Below, one piece after another: positions 51,200 through 62,185 of a stretch of 64,000 nt of DNA. The notes beneath the pieces were generated by a model, which did no database searches, was not told where the DNA came from, and was given only the letters and a program-made list of their open reading frames with translations. Numbering within the stretch: the first letter of the stretch is position 1; each line of letters starts with the position of its first letter. The position numbers were made by a program, and so were the translations under genes. Origin of the DNA: Torpedo marmorata (lineage: Eukaryota); the NCBI GenBank assembly GCA_977017645.1, contig OZ360239.1, forward strand, positions 56,110,001 to 56,174,000, in the 5' to 3' direction.

Positions 51200-51720
51200 T
51201 CAATCTTGCCACCTACATGCATCGGCATCATCAGGTTCGATGACCAGGGCTGACCCGGCACACGACCAGGTCCCAATCGCGTAACTTTTTTTGACTAACA
51301 TTCCATCTTTGATCACTCGGGTGACCAGAAGACTGGGAACTTTGAAGTCACCGGGCGCAATGAGCGTGCGCTGAATGGCCGCTCCCACAACCCAGGTGGA
51401 GTTGACCACGCTGATTGGTTAAGTCCAGGGGCCTCTGCTACATTCCAAACGCCTTGTCCCTTTTAACTGTAAGTAAGTAAGGGGGTGCGTTCTACTTTTC
51501 TGCATTCCCCTTCTCCAAGTAGACTAGGGCTTTGACTGCACTTTTCCTAGGGACGAATGTGAAGATGAGAAACCCTTCCCCCCACTATTTCGGCACCGTC
51601 CCCTTCCCCTTTGGTACTGGCTCTTTGCGAAGTTGGAAGCATAATAATTCCGTGAACGGTTCGCGTCGTCCCTCCGCACATTTATAGCGTCGGGAACAGC
51701 ACTTAAATTGTTGCAACATT
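51200..51720. promoter_or_regulatory. CpG-retaining non-repeat segment, candidate promoter or first exon
   Basis: Many intact CpGs outside any recognisable TE; NF-Y-type ctgattggtt at 51411-51420; donor-like gtaagtaagtaag at 51469. Confidence 0.4.
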
Positions 51721-52458
51721 TGTGGTGGATGAAGTGGGAGACTTTTTTTTTCCTTACAAGATTTCTCAGTCAAGTTTTACTCAAGAAAGCCTGAAGATCT
51801 GGAAGACAAATCTTTACAAGAGGGAGACGAGATTGTTGCAAGCTACATTCCTGTTAATTGAACAGTTTCATGTGCAATGAACAGTGAAGTGTAACCAATG
51901 TACTGCTTGGGAAGCAAAAATGCCGTTGATAGTGGTTCGGAGCTCAGCACAACGACTTGTATGCCAAAATATGTCATTGGATTTTATTGTTCACCTGAAT
52001 CACAGAAATATACAAGGCATTTCGTTCAGAGAAGTACCTCTGATAGTATTATAGCAATTAACTGATAATTTATGTGCTGAAGTCTTTCTTTGGGTCATGA
52101 CGAACGATTTTACTAATTGATCCAAGTTGTAGTCTTCTGAGGTTGCGGTGTTTGTTGGTGGGTACATTCTCAAAAAGAATTTTAATGAGACTGCTGCTGC
52201 CACTTTACTGTGTGTTAATATAATGAACGTGAAGGCCTGGTATTCCAAGTAAACAAGTTTTGCCAAACAAAGAATATCACTGAACTGGCCTAAATATTTT
52301 TGACCCTAAAATAGACAAAGCTTTTTCAAGAATAAACCAGCTCTCATTGTATTAGTTACAAGGTATTGAATTGTTGAACAATCATGGTTTGTTTGGCTAT
52401 CAGTTCTTTCTAAATTAGTGTTCATGCTGAACTGAGATGGAGTCTTTTGTAAACAAGT

Positions 52459-53625
52459 AAAACACGAAAATCTGTAGACACCGTGGTTGGAGTAAAAAAC
52501 ACAAATGCTGGAGAAACTCAGCAGGTCAAACAGTGTCCTTTATGTAGCAAAGGTAGAAATACATAACCGACGTTTCGGGCTTGAGCCCTTCATCAAAGTA
52601 TGAGAAAATGCCGGCAGGCGTCGGAACAAAAGAGTGAGGGGGGGAAGGGGGGTGGCAAAGGCAGGAGATGATAGGTGGAGAAAGGAGGGAGGGGACAGCA
52701 GCAAAGAGGGGGAGGAGGGATGGCTGGGTGGGTGGAAAAAAACAGGAAGGACAGGGGAGGGGAAGGAAACGACAAGCAGGTTTAGTGGAAAGCAGAAAAG
52801 TCAATGTTAATGCCATCTGGCTGGAGAGTGCCCAGACGGAAAATGAGATGTTGTTCCTCCAATTTGCGGGTAGTCTGGGTGGGATAGTACATAAGGGCAT
52901 GGACAGACATGTGAGTGTGGGAGTGTGACTCGGAATTGAAATGGCTGGCTACTGGGAGGTCGCTGTTTTTGCGGACGGAGAGGAGGTGCTCAGCAAAGCG
53001 ATCTCCCAATCTACGACCGGTCTCTCCGACGTAGAGAAAGCCACAAAGGGAGCACCGGATGTAGTAAATAAGTTCTCTGGATGTACAAGTGAAGTGTAGT
53101 TTCACTTGAAAGGCCTGTTTGGGGCCCCGGACCGTGGTGAGGGGGCAGGTGTGGGCGCAGGTGTTGCACCTCCTGCAGGCACAGGGGAAGGTGCTGGGGG
53201 TGCGATGGGTGGGGAGGGATGAGTGCATGAGGGAATCATGGAGGGAGCGGTCCCTGCGGAAGGCCGAGAGGGGAGGAGAAGGAAAAATGTGTCTGGTGGT
53301 GGGATCCTGTAGTAAGTGCCGGAAATTCTGGCGGATAATGTGTTGGATGTGGAGGCTGGTGGGGTGGTACGTGAGGATGAGGGGGATTCTATGTTTGTTG
53401 CGTCTGGGGGCAGAGGGGGCCAGGGCAGATGAGCGGGAAATGGAGTAGATGCGGGTGAGGGCTGAGTTGATGGTGGTGGAGGGGAAGCCTCGTTTGTGGA
53501 AGAAGGCAGACATTTCAGAAGATCTGGACTGGAAGACCTCATCTTGGGAACAGATGCGGCGGAGACGGAGAAATTGAGAGAAGGGGATGGAATCCTTGCA
53601 GGGGACAGGGTGTGAGGAAGTGTAG
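52459..53625 (-). mobile_element. Penelope family B, 5'-truncated (RT thumb, GIY-YIG, pLTR)
   Basis: ORF 52782-53513 open through GIY-YIG; pLTR starting aaaacacgaaaatctgtagacacc. Confidence 0.92.
52562..52602 (-). ncRNA. Minimal hammerhead ribozyme motif in family B pLTR
   Basis: Minus strand: catact-TTGATGA-a-GGGC-tcaa-GCCC-GAAAC-GTC-ggttatg. Confidence 0.7.
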
Positions 53626-53755
53626 GACGGAGAAATTGAGAGAAGGGGATGGAATCCTTGCAGGGGACAGGGTGTGAGGAAGTGTAGTATGGAGAAATTG
53701 AGAGAAGGGGATGTATACCTGTAGTATACCTATAGTATACCTGTATACCTGTAGC
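53566..53755. repeat. ~60-bp tandem reiteration plus gtatacct micro-repeats at the 5' junction of the Penelope B copy
   Basis: ggagaaattgagagaaggggatg occurs three times (about 53568, 53629, 53691), followed by gtatacctgtagtatacctatagtatacctgtatacctgtag. Confidence 0.9.
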
Positions 53756-55334
53756 CAGCAGTGAAACTAGATAGCCAAAAATATTCCTGAATATACCCAT
53801 TCTTTATATCTGCATCAACTTTCACAGGCGATTTACTTGTTGCTGTACAGAAAACCCTTCATTGAATGTTTGTTTCTATTTCTCAGAAATAAAGCCCACT
53901 GGCCTTTTGGGAAAGATTAAACATTTTTGCTCATCTTTACTGATACTGGCTATTTTGCTACAAGTGATAATTGAATTAAAGATCAGTTTCTGGCATGCTT
54001 CTAAAGGATAATGCAAAATGGAATATTTGTTGCTTGGAAACAGAAATGAAAAGCTTTAATCCGCATAAGCGAATTACACAAGAATGCATGTGTGGGTGTA
54101 CAGAATAATTAATTTCACTGAAAATGCCAAAGTGAAAACAGCAGATTTCATTTTTCTATGTTCTTTATTCCCATTTCTTCAAACCACTGTTATGTTCTCT
54201 CCTAATACAATGATGATACTGGCAGATAACAATGCATCAACTGGATTCTTTAAAGAATCCCTTAAAATCAAACCTTTGATTGTTTTGGCCAGAAATGGTA
54301 GGATAATGCCAAAGCTTGAAAGATCTTTGTCAGCTGTTTTCTCACATGCACTGAAAAACTTGCACTTTTTTTTTATTATTTCAAGGGCTTTTCAGGCATA
54401 ATTCTCTTTGTAGTAATTGTCTCATTTAAGTTGGCTAAACACAGAATTGTTTCAGCAACGATTATTTTTAAGCCAGAATTTTTAGGAAAAGAAATAGTCG
54501 GAAAGAGCCAATTCGTACCTTGCAATTGAATGTAATCAGAAATAATGAGAGTCCAGAGCCATAACATACTTTGCACAAAAGTGAATGGAATTTTTGACTA
54601 TGCTTACCTTCTTTAGGTGAAGTGGATTCAGTGCAGTTAGCCTGATTGCTCACAACACTGAATAAAAGAAACATTGTTTCTTCAAGTCCTACTAATTCTG
54701 TCTTCTAATGCTTAGATCTCAGATTTGAGAGAACAAAAAGGAATAGAATTATTTGGAACTTAGAACAGAGTGACTGAGAACCCTGTTGGCTTTGAGATTT
54801 TGTGCTTGATAAAGTTACACTTGATTGGCTATGTCAATTTAACTATTTAACGTAGAGAGGGAGAGATGCAATGTTTTCCTCGCTTGTTTTGTCGCTTCTT
54901 CTGGCAGGTCATTGATAGTTCAAATGGAGACTTCAATAACCATTTCCTAACAAATTGTAAAGTGGCAGGCTTACATGTCAGATGTAAATCACGAAAATCT
55001 GTAGACACCGTGGTTGAAGTAAAAAACACAAATGCTGGAGAAGCTCAGCAGGTCAAACAGTGTCCTTTATGTAGCAAAGGTAGAAATACATAACCGACGT
55101 TTCGGGCTTGAGCCCTTCAACAAAGTATGAGAAAATGCCGCCAGGCGTCCGAAAAAAAGAGTAGGGGGGTGGGGGGGGGCAAAGGCAGGAGATGATAGAT
55201 GGAGAAAGGAAGGAGGGGACAGCAGCAATAAGGGGGAGGAGGGATGGCTGGGTGGGTGGAAGAACTGGAAGGACAGGGAAGGGGGGAGGGGAAGGAAAAG
55301 TCGAGCAGGTTTAGTGGAAAGCAGAAAAGTCAAT

Positions 55335-56229
55335 AGCCCCTTTTATACTGAAAAGAAAGCGACGTTAAAGACAGAACATTTCTGTCTTTAAGTCGCCTCA
55401 CTTACCTTTATAAAAAGGCAGATGGTGGATTGCCAAGGCGTAATCCAAAACGACTAGGAGGTAGACACAGAGGTGGAGCGAATCTCTCCACCTCCTCTAT
55501 AAAAAGAAAGCAGCCTAAAGCGTCTGGCAAGGGCGGTCTGATGACGTTGCAATGACACCATCAGCCCGCGACCCACGAGAGTTGATCTGTATGGCAATGG
55601 CCGTCTTCATTACCCATAATCCCCCACGCAGCTGGAACCGCTCTGCGTTTCCCTGACGCTGGCGCTGGCACTGACAGAGCAGTTCCAGCTGCGTGGGGGA
55701 TTATGGGTAACGAAGACGGCCATTGCTTGGCGCGTATGTTTGACTTCACGGCGGCGGGCGGCGCTACTGCACCACTCGCTCCACCTCCCTATGATCGGGA
55801 TGCCGGCTCCCGACCCAGCTCTGCATAAAGACAACGCTGGAAACGTCATGTAGGTCGTCTCCATAAAAAGTAAGTTCACCTTTTTATTTTTTTTCTTGAG
55901 CCTTCTTTATCAAGATTCAGTTTCAAGATTCAATTTATTGTCATAGTAATAAGACAGTGTCATATTCCATGAAATTTCTTTTTGCCTGCTGCAAGGCAGA
56001 CAGATTCGCCACCGGCAGAAATTGGCTAAGCGCCTCTAACATTCCTTACAGTCAGAGAAAGAGAAGCAAAAGAGAGTCCCCCCCAGAGTCACCGAGTGTC
56101 CGTAGATTCACCTCCAGCGCTTCTGCAGCCACACAGAGTCCAGTCAAAACCATCGGCAACGCGAGCTCCAGATCCGAACCTCCAACGCGGTCAGGTCGCC
56201 CTCGGCACCCTCGCACCATAAAAAGGGCT
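55335..56229. mobile_element. PIF/Harbinger-type non-autonomous DNA element
   Basis: TIR agccccttttat / ataaaaagggct; 3-bp TSD aat, and removal restores PLE sequence aaagtcaatgttaatgcc; internal ~52-bp-arm palindrome at 55594-55726. Confidence 0.72.
55911..56215 (-). mobile_element. 5'-truncated copy of the GC-rich Rex1-tailed non-autonomous element
   Basis: Close reverse complement of ~15875-16169. Confidence 0.88.
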
Positions 56230-56639
56230 AATGTTAATGCCATCTGGCTGGAGAGTGCCCAGACGGAAAATAAGGTGTTGTTCCTCCAATTTGCGGGTGG
56301 TCTGGGTGGGATAGTACATAAGGCCATGGACAGACATGTGAGTGTGGGAGTGTGACTCAGAATTGAAATGGCTGGCTACTGGGAGGTCGCTGTTGTTGCG
56401 GACGGAGAGGAGGTGCTCAGCGAAGCGATCTCCCAATCTACAACCGGTCTCTCCGATGTAGAGAAAGCCGTGTCACATGTTAGATGTTACATGTCAGATG
56501 TCCATGTCTGTGTAGTTTGGCTACAGATAATTGGCTCGTATTTTGAAAAAGCACTGAGACCAACAACAGAGCTATTGAACTACTGTTCTGGGGCTTTGTT
56601 TTATGGCTTTGATGGCATTTGCACCTTTGGGAAGGGAGA

Positions 56640-57325
56640 GATCAGATAGATTGGGTTTATTTTTCCAGGAGTGAATGAGGCTGACTGACATGAGTGTAAA
56701 AAGACTTGAACGGCATTCTTTGTAAATAGTCCTTTTCGAGACAAGGTACGTCTGATGACAATGTGCAGAAATGACAAAGTGCCACAGTGTTGGTAACGGT
56801 GTATTGAGAGAACAATGTAACAATGTACATTGATGAGAATTTATAGATATGACTGACACTATGAATGTAAAAAGTCTTGAATGGTTTTCATGCTTGTAAA
56901 TAATTTATTGTGAATAAAGTATATTTTGGAAAAAAAAAGAATGAGGCTGACGGGTGACCTGATTGAGGTATGTAAGATGATTTGAAGCATAGATAGGGTA
57001 TATAGTCAAAATCTTTGTCCCATGGTAGGAGCATTAAAAACAAGAGGGCATAGATTTAAGGTGAATGGAAGGAGTTTTAAAGAGACCCTGAGGGGTAAGT
57101 TTTTAAGCAGTGAGCTGTTAATATCTGGAATATGCTGCCAGAGGAGATGATGGAATTGGATACAATCACGGCATTTAAGAGACATTTAGACGGGCACTTG
57201 AATAGACAAGGCATAGAATGACATGGACCTAATGCAGTCAAATAGGATTACTGTAGATGGGCAAAAAGGTTGGTATGGACATGGTGCAACAAAGGGTCCG
57301 TTTCTGCGCTGTGCGGCTCTATGGC
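56640..57325 (+). mobile_element. CR1 3' fragment
   Basis: gaggctgacgggtgacctgattgaggtatgtaagat...acaagagggcatagatttaaggtg...gggtccgtttctgcgctgt. Confidence 0.8.
56686..56938 (+). mobile_element. Poly(A)-tailed retroposed fragment (probably L1/Tx1 3' end) in CR1
   Basis: 13-bp TSD gaatgaggctgac (56673-56685, 56939-56951); AATAAA followed by an A-tail. Confidence 0.8.
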
Positions 57326-57337
57326 AAAAATAAATGA

Positions 57338-57798
57338 CCGTAAATCTCTGATAATCTGGCATCTGATTATTCAGTAATTCTGATGTTCTGGCATCTGGCT
57401 CACTAAGTGGCCCAGAATGTGAGCTAGAGCTCCAAAGATGTGGCTCTGGTGTGCATCTTGAGCTGGGATCTGTTCTGTGGCTGGGTGAATGGCTGAAGCC
57501 GGTGTTGGGGTCCCAAGTACTTGGGGTGTCTCTGAAATGAAGTGATTGTATCCAGTTCCAACCCTTCCTCTGGCAGCATGTTCCAGGATAAGTGTAAATT
57601 TCTGGCCAAGATCATGGTCTGGACTACTTGTATATTTCTTGCTTCCTTTACACTCAAATTGGAAAATGTGTTATGATACTGCGTAACGTTAAAACAAGTA
57701 TGTTGGGTATTAATAGGAATATCCTCCAATAGCCCAGAAAGTCTGCTTGTCTGGGACTGGCAATGTTCCAAGAATGCTAGGTTATTGGAGCTTTACTG
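57338..57798. mobile_element. Old Tigger-like MITE
   Basis: Degenerate TIRs ccgtaaatctctgataatctggcat / atgctaggttattggagctttactg. Confidence 0.5.
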
Positions 57799-57845
57799 TG
57801 TTTAGTTATTATTATATTGCTGTTTATGGGAATTTGTTGTGAATA

Positions 57846-59882
57846 CAGTGCCCTCCATAATGTTTGGGGCAAATAAACATTTTATTTCCTTTATTTGCCC
57901 CTGTGCTCCACAGTTTTAAATTTGTAATCAAACAATTCACATATAATTGAAGTGCACATTCCAGATTTTATTCAAAGTTAATTTTATACATTTTGATTTG
58001 ACCATGTAGAAATTACAGCACTTTTTATACATAGTCCCCTCATTTCAGGGCAGCATCATGTTTAGTACTTTGTTGCATATCCCTTGCATACAATGACTGC
58101 TTGAAGTCTGTGATTCATAGACATCACCAGGTGCTGAGTATCTTCTCTGGTGAAGCTCTGCCAGGCCTCTACTGCAGCTATCTTCAGCTCCTGCTTGTTT
58201 CAGGGGCTTGTCCCCTTAGGTTTTCTCTTCAGCATATGGAAAGCATGCTCAATTGGATTTAGATCGGGTGAGTGACTTGGCCATTCAAGAATTTTCCAGT
58301 TTTTAGCTTTGAAAAACTCACGTGTTGCTTTAGCAGTATGTTTGGAATCATTGTCTTGCTGTAGGATGAAGTGTCATCCAATGAGTTTGGAGGCATTTGC
58401 TCAAACTTGAGCAGATAAGATGTTTCTTTACAACTCAGAATTCATTTTGCTACTGCCATCACCAGTTACATCATCAATGAAGATATGTGCGTCAGTACCT
58501 GTGGCAGCCATACATGCCCAGGCCATATCACCCCCACCACCATGTTTCACAGATGAGGTGGTATGATTTGGATCTTTGGCAATTCCTTTATGCCTCCACA
58601 CTTTGCTCTTGCTATCACTCTGATACAGGTTAATCTTGGTCTCATCTGTCAACAAGTCCTTTTTCCAGAATTCTGCAGGCTCTTTTAAATGGTAAACTGT
58701 AATCTGGCCATCCTGTTTCTGTGGCTAACTAGTGATTTGCATCTTGCAGTGTAGCCTCTGTATTTCTGTTCATGAAGTCTTCTGCGGACTGTAGTCATTG
58801 AAACATCCACACCTGCCTCCTGAAGAGTGTTTCTAATCTGTCAGACAGTCATCTGGATTTTCTTCATTATTATGAGAATTCTTCTGTCATCAGCAGTAGA
58901 GGTCTTCCTTGGCCTGCCAATCCCTTTGCGATTACTGAGCTCACCACAGGGTCGGCGCCAAGGGGGGGCATTCGCAGGCATTTTCCCCCCAAGTGAGGTG
59001 CTGTGCCCCCATACACTCGCGGCCATCGCTCGCAGTCAGACCTGCCCCCGCCTGCGTCACTAGCGTGCGTCAAGCGTCACTAGCGCCTAGCTTGACGCAT
59101 GCTAGTGACTCTCCACCCGCCCCTGCCACTAGCGTTCGTTAAGCATCACTAGCGTCTAGCTTGATGCACGCTAGTGACTCTCCACGCAATAAAACCAGCG
59201 CTTTCGTCTGCTACGTCGGAGGGATGGAGACGTTAACGTTTGTCTGGCAGGTAGGTACCAGCACCCCCCCGTTTGGCAGTTAGGTACTAGCACCCCCCCC
59301 CACCCCCGCTGAGCGAGTTTACGACTGTCGGACTATGACCCCCCCTGGTTACCCTAATGCCCCCCTCTAACACTCGTTCTGGTGCCGACTCTGGCTCACC
59401 AGTACGCTCTTTCTTCTTAATGATGTTCCAAACAGTTGATTTTCCTAATCCTAAGGTTTGGGTGATGTCTCTTACTGTTTTATTCTTGTTTTTCACCGTC
59501 ACAATCACTTCTTTGACTTTCATTGGCACAACTCTGGTCCTCATGTTGAAAAATGGTAACTACAGACTCCAAAGGTGATCAAAAGCTTAGAAGCAAGGTG
59601 AGCTCTCTTATACCTGCACCAATGAAGCAATTAAACCTACCTGACTAATCACTAATACCTGTGAAGCCAAATATCTTAAAACTTTGGTGCCCTGGAATGG
59701 GGGAATTGTCTGTAAAAAGTGCTGTAAACCTACATGGTCAAACCAAAATGTATACAAATAACCTTAAATAAACTCGGGAATGTGCATGTGAATTGTTTGA
59801 TTACAAATTTAAAACTCTGGAGCACAGGGGCAAATAAAGGAAAAAAAAAGTGTCTTTGTCCCAAACATTATGGAGGGCATTG
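57846..59882 (-). mobile_element. Tc1 DNA transposon with long (IR/DR-type) TIRs, decayed
   Basis: cagtgccctccataatgtttggg / cccaaacattatggagggcattg with TA on both sides, ~200-bp TIRs; paired-like HTH (KSTVWNIIKK), GRPRKT, TDETKINL, VKHGGG..MAW. Confidence 0.93.
58947..59393. mobile_element. hAT MITE inside the Tc1 transposase
   Basis: 8-bp TSD gctcacca (58939-58946, 59394-59401); TIR cagggtcggcgcca / tggtgccgactctg. Confidence 0.9.
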
Positions 59883-60299
59883 TAAATTGTTTGCTACAAT
59901 TCTAATGTTACAACAGTGATTACATTCAAAATCACTTTGGCTGTATGGCTCTTTGGGATTTCTGGTAATAATTAAATACACTCTGCTGGGGTGATACTGG
60001 AATTAACACTCTGTAATATTGCATGAAGGGGATAATAAGGAATGGAGAACAATGTATATAAGCAAAATATAGTTTACTTGGGGCTATATTTCCATTTCTA
60101 AAATGTATTGCTTAGGCTTTTTAAAAAAAATGGCCAATTTGGTGAAACAGAAGACAGTTGTGTACGAAGACAAGGCAGATTAGCAGTCTCGTCACAACAG
60201 CCGTTTTACCATCTTGTGCTAATTTGTTGTTTGCAAATTTGGATTAGGTGGGAAGTGAATTTCCCAGACCTAAAGGTGTTAAATCCTCTCAGTGTAATA

Positions 60300-60450
60300 C
60301 ACAAATGTGCTGGACAAACTCAGCATGCCACACAGCATCCACAGGAAGAAAAGGATAACCAATATTTCGAGCCTGAGCCCTTTGTCAGGTCTAAGCAAAA
60401 ACAGGCAGGTGCCTGAATAAAAAGGTGGGGGACAAGGAGAAGAGGGAGTG
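60300..60450 (-). mobile_element. Old Penelope pLTR fragment
   Basis: gctggacaaactcagc...atttcgagcctgagccctttgtcagg. Confidence 0.65.
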
Positions 60451-60939
60451 TATTAGCAATAAGGAGAAGTTGGATGAACCTTTTTTGCAAAGTTATTTAC
60501 TTCAAGAGTGGTGGGTGCCTGGAATAAGCTGCCAGGGGAGGTGATATGAAGCAGACAATAAAAGCAATATTTAAGAGGCATTTCAACAAACATGTGAACA
60601 GGCAGGGAACAGAGGGATATGCAGGCTGATGGGATTAATTAGACTGGGGTGATAGTGATCTGAAGGGCCTGTTCCAGTATTGTACTGCTCTATGTACTGT
60701 ATGCTTCTTTATAGCCTGACTAGATAGATCACTATGAACAGCAGGATGCTAAAGCAATGCTCTCTTTCATGCATACACACACATGCACAAATATACACAT
60801 CAATAGTTGCACACCACACACTTCCTGGACCAACTCCCACCTCACCCCACCATTGATAATCTATACCATCCAACCTGATAGGTGCTACCTGATTAGTTGG
60901 ATGTTTCCAATACCTACAGAAGTTGTCATTTGGGCTCTT

Positions 60940-61877
60940 CCAGAATCAGAATCAGAATTTATTGTCATGAACAAGTCATGAAATTCGGTGTTTTTGCGGC
61001 AGTATCATAGTGCAATTAACATTCATATTAACCATCTTACGACATTACTATAAAAAATTATAAATAATAGTGCACGAAAAGTAAGGCAGTGTCTTTGGTT
61101 CATTGATTATTCAAGAATCTGATGGCAGCGGGGAAGAAGCTGTCCTTGTGCCGTTGAGTGCTCATCTTTAGGCTCCTGTACCTTTTTCCCAAAGAGGGCA
61201 TGGCCTGGGCGGTGGAGGTCTTTGAGGATAGAGGCTGCTTTTTTAAGACACCGCCTCATGTAGATGTCCTCGATGGAGTGAAGTTTGGTGCCTGTGATGT
61301 CACAGGCCGAGTTAACAACCCTCTGGAGTTTACTCTTGTCCTGGGAGTTGGCACCTCTATACCAGGCAGTGATGCAACCAGCCTGAATGCTCTCCACGGT
61401 ACACCTGTAGAAGTTTACGAGAGTCTTCGGTGACATACCGAATATCCGCAGACACCTCACAAAGTATAGCCGCTGACGAGCCTTCTTTGTGATTGCATCA
61501 ACGTGGATGCTCCAGGACAGATCCTCGGAGATGTTGACACCCAGGAATTTGAAGTTCTTGACACTCTCCACTACTGAGCCCTCGATGAGGACTGGGTCGT
61601 GTTCCCCTGTCTTCCTCTTGAAGTCCACAATCATCTCCTTGGTTTTGCTGACGTTGAGCTCAAGGTTGTTGCCATTACACCATTCAACGAGCTGATCTAT
61701 CTCCCTCCTGTACGCTTCCTCATTGCCGTTTGTGATTCTGCCGACAACTGTGGTGTCATCGGCAAACTTGTAGATGGCATTGGAATTGTGCCTGGCCACA
61801 CAGTAATGGGTGTATAACGAGTAGAGCAGTGGACTAAGCACGCATCCTTGGGGTGCGCCTGTGTTGATAATCAGTGA
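60940..61877 (-). mobile_element. Rex1 subfamily A, 5'-truncated
   Basis: ORF 61107-61841 (KFADD); tail cagaatcagaatcagaatttattgtc. Confidence 0.94.
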
Positions 61878-62039
61878 ACCACAAGTATATCATGGGAGTG
61901 GTTAGGAGTGGAGTGTGAAGAGGATCCCTTGAATTCCATTGCAGACTTCTTAAGAGATGTGCCTCTCTGTTAGGAGGTCCCCATAACTAGCATGCTACCC
62001 TCTTCTGCCTACCTGGGAAACAAGCAGGGATGGTCCATT

Positions 62040-62185
62040 AGACCATAAGACATAGGAGCAGAAATAGGCTATTCAGCCCATCAAGTCTGCCCCACCATTC
62101 AATCGTGAGCTGATCCATTCTCCCACTCAGCCCCACTGCCCGGCCTTCTCCCCATAACCTTTGATGCCCTGGCTAATCAAGAACT
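62040..62185 (-). mobile_element. CR1 3' tail
   Basis: ataagacataggagcagaaataggctattcagcccatc, reverse complement of the CR1 3' UTR seen at 26040-26170. Confidence 0.8.

Larger units (their letters stand above)
54986..56470 (-). mobile_element. Penelope family B 3' fragment split by a DNA element
   Basis: pLTR 54986-55334, GIY-YIG resumes at 56230-56468; 15-bp TSD ttacatgtcagatgt (54971-54985, 56487-56501). Confidence 0.88.

Noticed and set aside
51236-51260. Nuclear-receptor response element (aggttcgatgacc, several tgacc half-sites)
   Set aside because: Spacing does not fit ERE (IR3) or IR1 exactly; half-sites are common by chance
54084-54674. Short AT-rich ORFs
   Set aside because: No domain similarity or splice support; consistent with random ORFs
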